From Seison nebaliae (taxonomy: Eukaryota), in contig JALJEE010000343.1 of NCBI GenBank assembly GCA_023231475.1, forward strand, positions 1-64,000: a stretch of 64,000 nucleotides of DNA, in the 5' to 3' direction. Of the stretch, positions 1-12,884 are shown in pieces (position 1 is the first letter of the stretch; each line of letters opens with the position of its first letter). A program made the translations under genes and the position numbers. The notes under the pieces were generated by a model. The model made no database searches. It was not told where the DNA came from and saw nothing but the letters and a program-made list of their open reading frames with translations.

Positions 1-99
1 TTTGCGATATCCACCTTTACGAAAGATACTTCATAGGACAGAAGTTATGACCGGTTTTATAAAAACGTAAAAGTGTCCGATTACTTTAAATTCCTACTG
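1..99. mobile_element. Probable terminal end of a Tc1/mariner-like DNA element or MITE (truncated by window start)
   Basis: Ends ...GTGTCCGATTACTTTAAATTCCTACTG followed by TA. The reverse complement begins TA|CAGT, the usual start of a Tc1-like terminal inverted repeat with a TA target duplication. The partner TIR is not in the window. Confidence 0.45.
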
Positions 100-155
100 T
101 ATATATACATATAGCTACAACATATACAATTTTTTTCGCAAATATCAACAATTAG

Positions 156-248
156 GTTGATTTCTGCTAATAACAACCTTTTTCAACGTTGAAATTACGT
201 TGATTTCTGTTTATAACAACCTTTTCCCGCAAATCAACGTTGAAAATT
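156..248. repeat. Two imperfect direct copies (~43-50 bp) containing the palindrome TCAACGTTGA; probably a transposon remnant
   Basis: GTTGATTTCTGCTAATAACAACCTTTTTCAACGTTGAAA at 156 versus GTTGATTTCTGTTTATAACAACCTTTT...TCAACGTTGAAA at 199. Confidence 0.7.
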
Positions 249-730
249 TTTTTTTGTACAGTAGGGTAAGTGTCACAATATATACCTATAAATTAACTAT
301 AAGTAGTGGTAGTACATTATATATTAGAGTTATTATAAGTTGGTAGTATGCAGTAAAATTAGAATTGGATGAAAAAATATTATTGAAAGAAAAAGAACAT
401 TTCAATTATTTTGTTTGTTTTATGCGGATTGTGCAATGATATTTTTTTCTTATTCTGATCCGATGAAATGGAAAAGAAATATAGAAAGCGGAAAAGTAGA
501 ATAAACTGCTATCGAACAATGAAAGATGTGAAAGCGGTGCAAAATGTTTTTTAGGAAAATTATGAGTTGTTCCAATTCCATCTATAGCTTGTATGATGGT
601 ATTCACGAAACAGTTTCTCATCATCTCTTATCATGAGTGGTTTATGTATACATCAGTAAAATGGAAACCGGAGCTTAATTTAATTTGTATTTAGAGGCAT
701 AAAAATTTTAAAAGTTAATTAGGAATATAC

Positions 731-2602
731 TTAACATTCCAATTGGAGTTTCTGATACGTATATAGTTTGTTGATAAAACTAATGATAGCTGTAGCGGGT
801 TGTTGTTCTTCATATTCGACAAAAAGCAAACATTCATTCTGCTTTTCTGTTTGCACAATTAACGAAAACAATTTGGCATCTTTCGATAATTGGTTGAATG
901 TTGACTTTGTATAATTATCTCCGATTTCTTCCGATATCACCGAACTTGATGATGATGGTGCCATCGACGACATTGTAACATCGATTAGTTCATTCCATGT
1001 GATCACGTTCTTGTCGGTTGATAAAGTTTTGGCTGTATTTCCTATCGTTAAATTGTTGAATAAGTCTTCAGTTTTCATACAAAGATTGTTGAAAATTACT
1101 TCGTTTAAGTTCCAATGAGTCTTCGTCAACATTCTACAATTAAACATAATTTATTTAAAGAATTTTTAAAGTGAACCTTTTATTTTCGTCGGTTAATGTT
1201 ATACCATTTAATGCTGCTTTAAAATGAACAACTGACGATTTGGCGAGTAAAGCATCTCCAGTCAATTCTTTATTTATCAGCGAATTATGTAACCGGAGTA
1301 CTTCGATAATCTTCTGGGAAATAGCTCGACCGATTGCATTAAAACCGTTCAGATTTCCCACGCCGAACGATCCAAGATAAACCACATGACATGCTAATGG
1401 ATAAATGAGAATTGTTTAGAATGATTATCTACTAACCAGCACCTTGATGCAATAAATTATAACTAATTGTTGATGATTTCATCTCGGCTTTTTTATTAAT
1501 TCCAATTTCACTCCCACTAGTATCAGTCAAATCAGGTATGACTAATTGACAAGGCAATGCCAAAGGCGTTTCAATATGTTTCAATACTAGACACGATAAA
1601 TTTTCTTCAAAATTTTATCGACGATGATTAATAATATTATGAAATAAAATTAACCGAAAATTGGTTCACTGGGACAACCTTTCAGACGAACACCTCCATT
1701 CTTCGATTCGATAAGAAAATGTCTGACAAATTCAATCGCCGGATCGACACCTTGTCTCATTTTAATGCCAGGTGGTAATTGGTTGACTTTCATTGCTAAT
1801 CCGAATGCTCCAGGGAATGAATTCGAATCTCGAATAATAAAATTTCCCGCCGCTTTATGTAACAATTGGTTGATTGCTATAAATATAATTTTTTAATATG
1901 AAAACCATTTCAATAAAGTACAAACCATTATCTCGTGAAATTTTTGGACGATACCAAATATGCTGTGTATTTTCAATTCTAGCTTCAATCGACAAATCAT
2001 CAATTCGTGTTTTCCTACTACTTACAGTGGAAGCTAATTATGATATTCATCAATGAATGATAGACAGTCAATTAAAAGAGAAACTAATTAAAAATTCTAA
2101 CCGACTCCAACTGATTCAGAGAGCAAGGTTTTTTGAACGTTCGTTGGTCCGTTCGTAATGATTCTGTTTAAGAGATGAAGTGATGATTCAAAATATGAGA
2201 AGTTGATACGAAAATGAAATTTAACTCGTTTTGTTGTTGAAATTTGTCATTCTTATCTTCAAATAATTTACAAAAATTAAATTAGTTTTTTGTGAATAAA
2301 TCAAAAAAGAAATAAATAAGAATCCTACCATAAACCGATAATCTTTTATTAAAATTATATTTAATTGAATCCTTATTACTTTGACGACGATGCTGATCAT
2401 TGAACGGATGACGGTTGGAAAAATTTTCTTTTTGACTACTATTGTCGCTACCAGAGCAACTTCTAAGCAGAGAATTATCCCGTTTAACGGATAGGCGATG
2501 TGGGGAAGGAATATTTAGAACAGTATCTTCCAATTCGAGAGAAACGGCTGCAATCTCTTTTTCGATACTATTGAGCAATTGCTCGAATTTATTGTTCATC
2601 AT
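731..2602 (-). CDS. TNS: Tensin family protein, C-terminal SH2 + PTB domains (multi-exon)
   Basis: The spliced product reads WYRPKISRDNA...GNFIIRDSNSFPGAFGLAMKV...VRHFLIE...VRLKGCPSEPIF (tensin SH2), then QGAACHVVYLGS...VHFKAALNGITLTD (tensin PTB). Introns 1134-1176, 1394-1436, 1605-1654, 1877-1925, 2034-2101 and 2164-2225 restore the frame. The exon starting at 2602 is a candidate first exon. Confidence 0.88.
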
Positions 2603-5148
2603 TTAGGAAACATTCAATGGTGTTATAAGAATTTTCCACACAATTTATCGAATTATTGCATTATTGATCTATCAATCGTGTTTAGTAGAAGAAGAGACAA
2701 GTAATGTGTGGATTAGCGCACTAAATTGAGCGTACCAAGATACAATTAGAAGAATGAGATAGAGGAAAGTAAATATAATTGTGTCATTTCGAAAGTTTTT
2801 CTCCGAAGGAGAACTGTCGCATGATTAAAGTAAATTGAAGGAGCTTTGACATGCATCAAGATAAAGTTGAGGAGAAAGAAGGAATAGTGGAAAAAGCTTA
2901 TCATCATTCGTAGAATATTGATGACATATGTGATAGATGAACTTGAAAAAGAGAAATTGAAGAAATCAGATGGCATTTGATTCATTTTTCCTAAGGATCT
3001 ATTCCTGCATTTTTTGCTGGAGCAAAAAGAAAAGGAAAACAGTGGGCTAGATTATGAATAGGTTTGAAGATGGAAAATCGTATTATTTTCTTTTCTCATT
3101 ATCAATATTACCTTAAGTAATAGAATTCGAATAGCTATCGGCATTCATGCAAAATATTCGAACGAATCCATGTTCCTTCTCTCCATTCTTTCAATGAATG
3201 CTCATCACACATTCTGTTTAGGTTGATTAATGAAGTTAGTTTGCAGTAACTTAATCCTAATTAGTCTACGATTATTTCATGTTATAAATCTTTCATCTTT
3301 CATGAATCATAAGATAAAATTCCTTTTCTTATTAACAAACTTCATCTCCCCAAAAATACATTTTCTTTATCAATTCTTTGATGTGTTGCTGATTCTCATC
3401 AATTATCGATTTCATTCAACCATTTACCTTTCTTGTTGTTGACGATAAAAATCCATCACTTACCTTTCCATATGTTCAGTTACAATTATTTAATGAAACT
3501 CGTTATTATTCTCATCATCATCGATCATTTGACTATATTCAATTAACACTATTATTGACCTATATTATATCCTCCGAATGATCCACTGAATTATCTAGTG
3601 CAATATTCGGAAAATGAAGAAAACGATGGTACGTAGAAGGTGTACGCAACACAAGTTTCTAACTAGCAACTGACTAGCAAATAATCGAGGTAGACTATTC
3701 GAATACCTAAGTGGATATATTTTTATTATTATTCGTATTATTACGCAGTAGAAATATATGATATCGATGAAATGTTTATTTGTTCATTTAAGTAGTTGCA
3801 ATATTTTAGAATTACTTTATTTCTTCATATAATTAGACATAATGTTCTTGTTCATCTGTTCATCCTCTATCATCAATACAACGTTAGGAGGAAGAGGTGG
3901 GAGAAATATATTGGTTTGTGAGGAAAAAGGTTAGAAGAACAATTCGATAATAATAATCGAATAGACATAAATATATCTTCACCACAATTATTGGAGAGAA
4001 TATGATTATTATGTAAAAGAAGAATAACACTATAAAATCTCAATATTGTAGTATTTTATTTTTCTAATGGAACATAATTTCATTTATCTCACAATTAATG
4101 TTCGTCAAGAACAGTCTCTCTAATCTAAAACCTGATCTTTTTTAAGAGTTATATAAATATTTGCATCATATCTTTTCGTACAATCACGTATATCCACCAT
4201 TATTTAACAGGAAACCGTTTTTTTTTTTAAAATCTCTCTACATAATATTGGGTGGGTGGGAAGGAAGAATTATAAATGATTATACCACAAACCACTGTCA
4301 TAATAACATCTGAGAGAATTGTCGAACACACATAACTTTCTTCACATTAACATTCCAACGTTAACAATTTCGATTGTGTTCACACTATCATCATATATCA
4401 TTTAGTTACTATGTTCGATAAATTACCATTCGTACAACTTCCTTCAAATTATTTTTGTAAGTTGACGGGAAGAGGTGGAACAAATAGAACTATTTTCAAC
4501 ACTACAGACAATTAGAGACAACAATTCGATTCAATTGCTTCTCAATATTTCCGTCTTCAATTATCAAACTCAAACGAGGACGGGTGAATGGATGATGATG
4601 ATGTTAACAGAATTCGTTTGTGAACTGTTACAAATTGAACAGACAAGATTCTTTCATTACTCTCAGACTGAGAGTCTCAGTTAGAGACAAGAATTGTTGA
4701 AATAAAAAAGTGAAATAACAAATTTATTTGTTCGATTAAATATTATGGGCATAAGAAATTTTAAGAAGTTCCACTTCAAACATTTCTCTTTTAAGAGAAT
4801 TAAGGAAATGAATAGTGTCGTGCATTTTCATGAAATTTACTGAATGCTAATTCTTGTTGATGGAAAAGAATGACAAGGCCATTAATTCTTTCTAGTGCCC
4901 CAATGAAAATTATTCTTTTCGTATCGGACTATAGAGAAATGATTAAGTAGATACTGCTTTGTTTCTCTTATTTTTTATGTTTTTAATGTTGAACATTTTT
5001 GTCCCTTATTCTTCTGATCGACAGTTACCGACATATATCGGCATATTATCGAATAATTCGATGAAGTTTAGTTAAAATTCTACGTGTTACTTATGATCAA
5101 CTATTGTGATTTATTTACTGATGGAAATTAGTTGAATTTAATGATAAC

Positions 5149-8100
5149 CTTCAATATGACAATTGTTTATCAGCTGGTGAGTTTCACATTGTTCTTTTGT
5201 TTTCATATGTTCCTTTTGTTGATCTTGTGCAATACGATGTATTTTGCTTTGTCTCGTTTTTATTATGTTATCCTCTTTCTCCATCAATTCATGTCCATTC
5301 TGGAAGATATTTATTAATTAAATTATTATGAATTAAATTAAGAAAAATTGAAAGAATAATAATGAATATAATAACTATATATGAAAGAAGTTAATGAAAA
5401 TGAAGAGAAGATTAACCAAATTTTTCGCATGTTCATTGGTGATGATGGTGCCATTAGTTGTGGCAGTTGTCTCTTTCATTTTTCTGCTTTTCAACGTATC
5501 GCTTTCGTCTTCTCTATTTGGTACGGTCTCCTTGACATATTCGGTTGACTCTCTCTCATGAGATTTCTTATCAACAATACTAAGACGTTCTTCCTCCATC
5601 AGTTTTTTTTCAGTTTCCTTCAAAAAACGTTTTCGGTTAGAATCGACTTGACCAGTTGGTCGATTGGATTGGAGGGTTTGAGCATTTGATGTAGATGATG
5701 AAGTATGGCTCATCATTTCTTGATATTGTTCCATAATTTCTTGTTTATTCTTCGAATAATCAAACGAAGCCTTTTCATCTTGGTTGACTGATCGATGGAC
5801 GTGATAGGCATCATTTAAATTTCTCTTTTTAAATTTTTTATCTTTTTCCGTATTGTACGTGACCTGTGCACCGTCGGTCGAGGCGAAAGCTTGTATGTGC
5901 AAATTGCCACCAGTTAATTCACTCTGCCGCTGTGAATAATTCGAATGCTCATCTAATGATTCCTGACAGGTTTTCATAATACATTTCGTATTAGAATCAT
6001 TATTCTCTCCATTCTTTATCAAGATGATATCGTTACATGGTCCTTGTACGATCACATCGCCATTGGGCAAATGTTTGAGGGTCATTCTTTCTGAACTGTT
6101 ATTGTTCTGCAATTGATCCTTTTCAAAAGTTCTCTTCAATTTCTCTTCAAAATTCTCATCCTTCAACAATGTCTGTTCATTTTGTCCATATTGTTGTCGT
6201 TGCCGTTGTTGTTGTTGCTGTTGTTGTTGTTGCTGTTGATGATCTTGATTATATTCATATCTTTGTCGATGCTCATCCGATTGTTGATGATGATAATATT
6301 GTTGTTGTTGTTGATGTTGATGAAATGGAGAAAGATTAGAAGAAATAGGAGAAATTTGACTCGTTCGTCTTTGTTCCTTTTGTTGATTATCATAATTTGA
6401 ATATTTTTGTTGTCTTTCACGTTCCTCTCGATATTCATAATTATAATTGAAATTCGGTGGTAATGATTGATCGTGTGTATGGACATTCATTGGTAATGTC
6501 CTATTTAAACTTTGTCCTCGATTCTGTCGACGCAATGTCGATGAAATGTAATTCTCTTGTAATTGTTTCTCCGTTTCACTCGGTCGACGATCCTGGGGAA
6601 ATGTCGACGATTCTAAACTGTATGCACGATTGTGTAAACCATTGACGTTATTCATAATCGTATGAGTACTCTCTCCTAAATTATCTCCGAAATTTGATAC
6701 GACTGTTAATGGTGCATTCTCAGTATCGTTTCCCACTGTAAAATCCGATGGCATACGACGATGCAACGAGGAGACTTGAGAGATGGGAGAGATTCCTTCA
6801 GAAATAGGTTGTCGAATTGTTGGTGAATTTAAAGGAATCGCTTCTAAACGAATGTTTCTGGATGAAGGTGGTGCTGTTCCCCGTCGAGATGATGTTATTG
6901 GTGCATGTTGTTGATATGAATATCGATCTTTATTTTGATGATTCATCATTGACGTGTATGGATTGGATTCTCGTCGATATTTCGATTTATCAACAATATC
7001 AAGTTGATTCATTCGATAATCACAAGATTGATGTCTAGGAAGATTAGTCTGACTCATTTGAGAGACACTATAACTGATATCATTCTCCTGTGGTTTCTGC
7101 AATTCACGATGATCTCTATTCGAATGATAACGATGACTATGACTATGTTTCCGTTGATGACAACAATGATGATGATGATGATGTCGATAACGTTGAGAAG
7201 TTCCACCACAATGTGAAGAACAATGATAAGAACAACAATTGGTTTGTGGAGGAACAAATAATTGTTGTTGTTGTTGTTGTTGATGGTGTATCGGTTGTGG
7301 ATGATAAATACATGGTGTCATTGGATAATAAATTGGTTGAAAATGTTCAAGTTGTTGGTCGTTGGCATATGAGGATGCTCTCAAACGACGAACATCTTTA
7401 ATTGTTTCTTTCTTCTCTTCAGTTCTAATCGGGTAATCGATCGGTCTAACTGATTGAGGTCGATTAACATAAACATGTTTCTCAGTGATTGACGATCTGG
7501 ATTTAGGAATATGATTAATCAAAGTGGATGATGTGTGATGTACTGGAGGTTTCGTTTTATCCGTTTCATATCGTCGATAAAAAGTCTCCGAATAATATTT
7601 TTTCTTTTCGACATTTTCATTTTGCTGTTGATGTTGCTGTTGATGTTGTTGTTGTTGTTGTTGATGATGTTGATGATTGTGAGTGGCCGAATATTGAGGT
7701 TGTTGGTGTTGATGTGTTCGCTTTATTTCTATTTGTGGTGGTGTATCTATGTCGATGCAACGGTTCTTATCGAACAAATGCTTCTCAAACGATTCCTCAT
7801 TTCTCATATGATTATGTTCTTGTTGGTGCATTGGTGAAGACTGATGGAAATTCTGTTCGATGATTTGCGTTTCAGACGGATGTTTCCGTTCGATGGAAGT
7901 AGTCACGTATTTCACGAGATTTCCATCAACCTTTTCCTCACTTTCCGTTACCGTATCTACTTCATGCAATAAATTTTCAAGGAGATTATCCAGTCGATTC
8001 AATTGAGATGTTGTCAATAATTTGTTTGATGTAGTTTGGGCACCGGAATCGTTCGATTTCTGAATTACAAATTGATTTTCATCGATAGTTTTCTTTGGAA

Positions 8101-8332
8101 ACTTATTCTTATCAAATTCACTCTCTCGATGTTGTTCAAATAATTTCTTCTCATGATTTTTTTGATTCGTCGAATTAAACGAATGTATATGATGTGAAGG
8201 TAGTTGCTGACGTTGCTGATGATGATGCTCTTGCTGTTGTTGTTGTTGTTGTTGTTGAATGACTGTGTGTTGACCATGTTGAGCAGTAACGTTTGTAGCA
8301 ATTATCGTTGGCTTCCTATCAATATTAGCCAT
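5149..8332 (-). CDS. Large Q/H-rich low-complexity coding exon (972 codons) plus a 151-nt exon; probably the N-terminal exons of a long tensin isoform
   Basis: 985-aa ORF. A donor at 5416 (TTG|GTTAAT) and an acceptor at 5300 join it to an open exon 5299-5149. That exon ends in phase 1 (GAAG|GTTATC), compatible with the phase-1 tensin acceptor at 2257. Confidence 0.6.
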
Positions 8333-11300
8333 AGTAGTTTTGTATCTTCTTCGAAAGTTCTTTCTTCTTTTCTTTCTATAAATTGTTTATTTCACTTCAA
8401 GATTGTTAGCAAGTTTTCTGCTCAAACTATTAGGCAAACTGCTTTACCTGATTACAGTTTCAACACTATTTCTCCTTCCAAATTCTTTTTATTTCTCTTC
8501 GATATCCTCCTCCTTCTTCTTCTTCTCTCAATCCTTAATTTTTAATTATTGTTATTATTGTTATTGTTGTTGTTATTATTAGATATGTGTGTGCAGAAGT
8601 GTTTGTAGTTTATAAGTTGATGTGTAGTTGTAAGATGATAATATTAATAGAACAAAGAATTGTTCAATTTAAAAAATGGGTGAAAAGGAATAAATTTTCG
8701 CTTCTTTCATCGACCTCCATTATCAATTTCATCATTATCGTTAGTAAATGATAGGGAGGATTTGATCGAAATTTCTCCTTTTCTTCAAAACGAATTTCTT
8801 CTCATTAAATAGACGTCGTTCCAATTATATGTAATTACAAGAGAGGTTGAATGAAGCTGCGAATGACTATTTCATAAGATGAACGTTGTTAACATCATCC
8901 CATGCGAATAAGGAGAAGAATAGTCGAATATATGGAATCGAAGGGAGGAAATACAGACAAATATGAGAAAGTTAAAATAAAAATAAAAGATAGATATTTT
9001 AGGTAATCGATTAAGAATACATGTATCCTTTTTCCAGATGCGTTCCTATTATTTAGCAACTCAACTCACAAAATCGCTCGACATACTTCATCACTTCTTC
9101 TTCCACATAACAATTTCAATCATTTCTATACGATTAGTCTCTCTTATACGGATCTATTCTCATCTTCATACGAGTAACATTTAGATACATCTTCTTATTG
9201 ATGTTGTAACCATACTGCTGATATTACATCATATCTCCCGTTTACATGTGAGTGTATTTACATTAAAGTAACGGCGAAATAGGAGAAAAAGAGAAATTAT
9301 ATTTAGTAGCTACGAGGTCGACGAACCCGACGGCAATGCCATACCAGAAGATGGATGAAGAAAGTAAAGAAAGAAATTAAAAGGCGAAACAGTGGAAAGA
9401 TGTTGTTGTTGACGATGATCATGATGATGATGAAACTGTCTAATTACGTAATAAATAAATGCTGCCCAAAATGGAAAGGATGTCGAAACTATTTTTATTG
9501 ACGACGTCTTCTCAAATTCACTTCACCGGTTTCATTTAACAAATGAAGAATTAAATCAATGAGAAACAGAGAGATCATCTTCGAAATTGGCAACTTAAAA
9601 TATAAACAAATCTCATGAGAGAGTAATTCGCTCATCAGCGCTTACTTACTACTTTTATTAGCTTCCGCTCAATCACTTTCTCTTCTCTTCGATACGACCT
9701 CTTTATCCAATTTTATTTCCATTCTCCTTCTGGTGAACTATTTGCTTAATCTATTCACTTCTCCCAAACGACCTTCACACGAAACGAACATCAATCACAT
9801 TCCTTTACGCGTTAGAAAGTGTTGGGAAACTAAATGAAATATCCTCCAATTTCTAAACAGAGATCTATCGGAATTTCTCTTTGATTTATATTTCATCGAA
9901 TCATCTGCCAGCTGATGACAGAATCATGAATACAGACTTTTAAAATTGTTGTACTTAAAAAAGAATTTAATAAAATTTTTTGAATCAAAAACAAATCAAG
10001 TTTTTTTTAGAAAAATCAACTTTTATTAGATTAACTAAACATTTACATTAAACATTGCTTTAATGTTCGATGAATTTCTTAGAAATTGCTTATGATTTTT
10101 CGAGACATTTTTTTCTTAAATATTATTTTCGAATAAACGTAAAACATTAACTAATTTGAAGATAGATAAAGAAATGAATAATTTATGTTTAAATTATTGA
10201 GAAAAAGAAAATTGGATTGAATATTTCATTCGTATTATTGAGGAATACTTCATTCACCCCCGAAACGTTAAAAGAAAGATCAACTGTTATTTCCATGAAA
10301 ATTGATTCAAACAAATTAAATTAACATATTTCATGGAAATATTAAACCGTATTCTTTTATTCCATCAATCTTCTAGAACATTTATCGGAATAAGAATGTT
10401 TTAAAAAAGGAAATAAACATTGTTCCTGTACAGCCCACACATAAACATTTCATGTAGATAGTGAATGGTATGGTGAATGGATAGGAAGATTAATGGCTAA
10501 CTCTCTAGCAAACTAAATTGTTGTGCTGTAAGAAAGAAACTTCATTCATTCGTTATATAGACGTAAATGTTCCACTTTGGAGAAATCGGATGTAACATTC
10601 CGTATGTATGACTCATCATCTGCCAATCAATGTGGAAGATAGACATGCAAATTCGTATGAATCCGAATGACTTGAAGAAATAACAATTTAACAGAAGTTT
10701 ATCACCAATACCACCCCGCCACCATTCCCATTCACTACCAGAATGTAGAAAAGAAACTTACAAATGTGGCTATCAACATTTCCCTTTAATTCTTCGGTAG
10801 ATTGAAAATATAAAACGACCGTATCATCTGGATGAAAACGGAATAAGAAGAATACTGATTCAAATCGACAGATAAATTTCTTTAAAAAGCAATTACCGTA
10901 ATTTCTTCATCAGCTCTTAAAGATAGATAAGTTTCATCGAAATTTCTTCATTTCGACACGTTTAGCTCAAACTGGTTAGATGAAGAGATGATTCATATAA
11001 TCGAACTTTCCTTTAACATTTAATGATGATTCACCTCTCTCACATCTGGTGGAAGGGGGAGGAGTAACACAGAAATTATGAAGTAACTATCCTCAAGATA
11101 TGAATTCATTACAAATATTTCTTTTCTCACACCAATCAGTGGTTATAAATATTATAAAATACATAAAGAATATATGAGAAAAAAACTAAATCTTATTTTT
11201 GAAATGAAAAACGACTTTTCTCAAATCGACAGTTCGCCGAGTCATTAGAAAGATAAATTTCGGACATCAGCACAACTAATCGTACATCAAAAAGAAAATT

Positions 11301-11677
11301 AGAAACACCATTAATTAATCATAAGATCATCATCAGACAGAGAAGGTTATTCTCCATTCAAATTGAACGTTTACATTACACTATTCATAATAATGATCTC
11401 TCCGAATAATTTTTGTCTGTTTTTGAATTCATATAAGTACTGTTAATTAATATTCCATAAATTGTTATAACAAATCGAACTATGAATTTCAGTAAAATAA
11501 TTTCAATTTCATGAAATTACTTCTCATTAATGGAAATTGTCATTATTAATATTATTAATTATATCGCTTTATTAATACATTATATTATGTCGTATTATTA
11601 ATAGAGAGAAGATTAAGGATTTCCGTCGTTTATTGAAAGAGAATTTTACTTTTAAATTCAAAACACTTTAATTAATC

Positions 11678-12660
11678 TTATTGATTTAAACGTTTTTCTT
11701 CTCTCAAACGTCGTTTCTCTTGTCGTTCAAGACGTACGGTCGTTTTTGGTCCAAGAATAATTGGTCCCCATTTCTTTCGTTCATCTGGATCACGATCATT
11801 GAAATTCTTTCTTGCTAACGATTGTAGTGAAAGGAAAGTTTTTCGATCTTGTTCGAAACTGAATGATAATGAAAAACAAAAGTTGACTCTAAAAAGAATA
11901 AGAACTTGGAGTGGATGAATGCAAGAGTAGTGCATGTCTTCCGTCCAACCAAACTACCTAATAATGCTTTTCCTTTATGGATACAATAAGGAATATCCAT
12001 TTTTTGACATAATCCTGGTAAATGAAGAACAGTCTCAATCGGTTCAACATCATGAGCAATAACAACAAGAGTTGCCTTCTTTCTCATAATCATTTTAGTG
12101 ACTTCATTCACTCCAGAAACATATGCCTTCTTCTTCTTCAATTGAACAGCTTTCTGCTCTTTCTTCTCTAACTTCTTCATTTCTTTTCGACCATCAGCAG
12201 TTTTTCTCATTTCATTTCTCTCTTGTTGTCCGATCGATTTCGATTTCGCTTCTTCTAACAATCGAGATTTTCGATGGATTTTCGATTCACCATAATGTCT
12301 CTTGATGAATTCGGTAAGGGTTTTCGCGTCTTGTTTCTCCATAGCCGTCTGAAATTGAAAGATACTTGGTGGTGTCTTCAATCGTTTCATGATAATTCGC
12401 TTCTTTCGTTGGAGACGGACGTATGTCGGCCATCGAACGAAATGTGTTAAATCTCGTTTTGGTTGGATCGACTGTCCGATACCAAAATTCACCTTCTTCC
12501 TATGGAATAACTTTTCCATCGGATTTTTCGTCTTCTCCACCTTCTTCTTCTTTGCCTTGTCGGGCATAGCAGCCACCTTTCTATTCGATCTTCCCGGATT
12601 CACCTATCGGAGACATATTGACAAATAAATGGAAAAAAAGATACAGAAGATACAAACCAT
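11678..12660 (-). CDS. RPL7A: 60S ribosomal protein L7a (eL8), divergent
   Basis: NFGIGQSIQPKRDLTHFVRWP, LVVIAHDVEPIE, MDIPYCIHKGKALLG and C-terminal NFNDR...KWG. ATG-only first exon 12658-12660; introns 12604-12657 and 11859-11905. Confidence 0.92.
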
Positions 12661-12884
12661 TTTCTTTTCTGAATAATTTGAAAACTAAATAAAAATAGTT
12701 CTTGCGAGTGTTCTAGTAAAACTTAAAATTTGAATATTGAATTTAGAACTTTTTTTCAATCACTCAAATTATTCAGAGAAGAAATTCAATAAAATACAAA
12801 ATTCAAAATAACGATAAGGTTATCTCTCATATTAACCTGTGATATTTAAATTTTGCAATTGCAATTTAATCAAATCATGTAAAG

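Noticed and set aside
3455..3475. Canonical-looking minus-strand donor AAG|GTAAGT within the tensin locus
   Set aside because: The upstream frame gives only ATG GAA AG, so an exon cannot be supported without transcripts.
6113..8545. Many antisense or alternate-frame ORFs rich in L/M/V/I or N
   Set aside because: Shadows of CAA/CAT repeats in the real minus-strand ORF. The same applies to the shadow ORFs at 32587-32837 and 44191-44529.
8550..11670. 3-kb ORF-free region, examined for ncRNA, tRNA or repeat arrays
   Set aside because: No recognisable RNA gene or periodic structure; probably upstream regulatory or UTR sequence.
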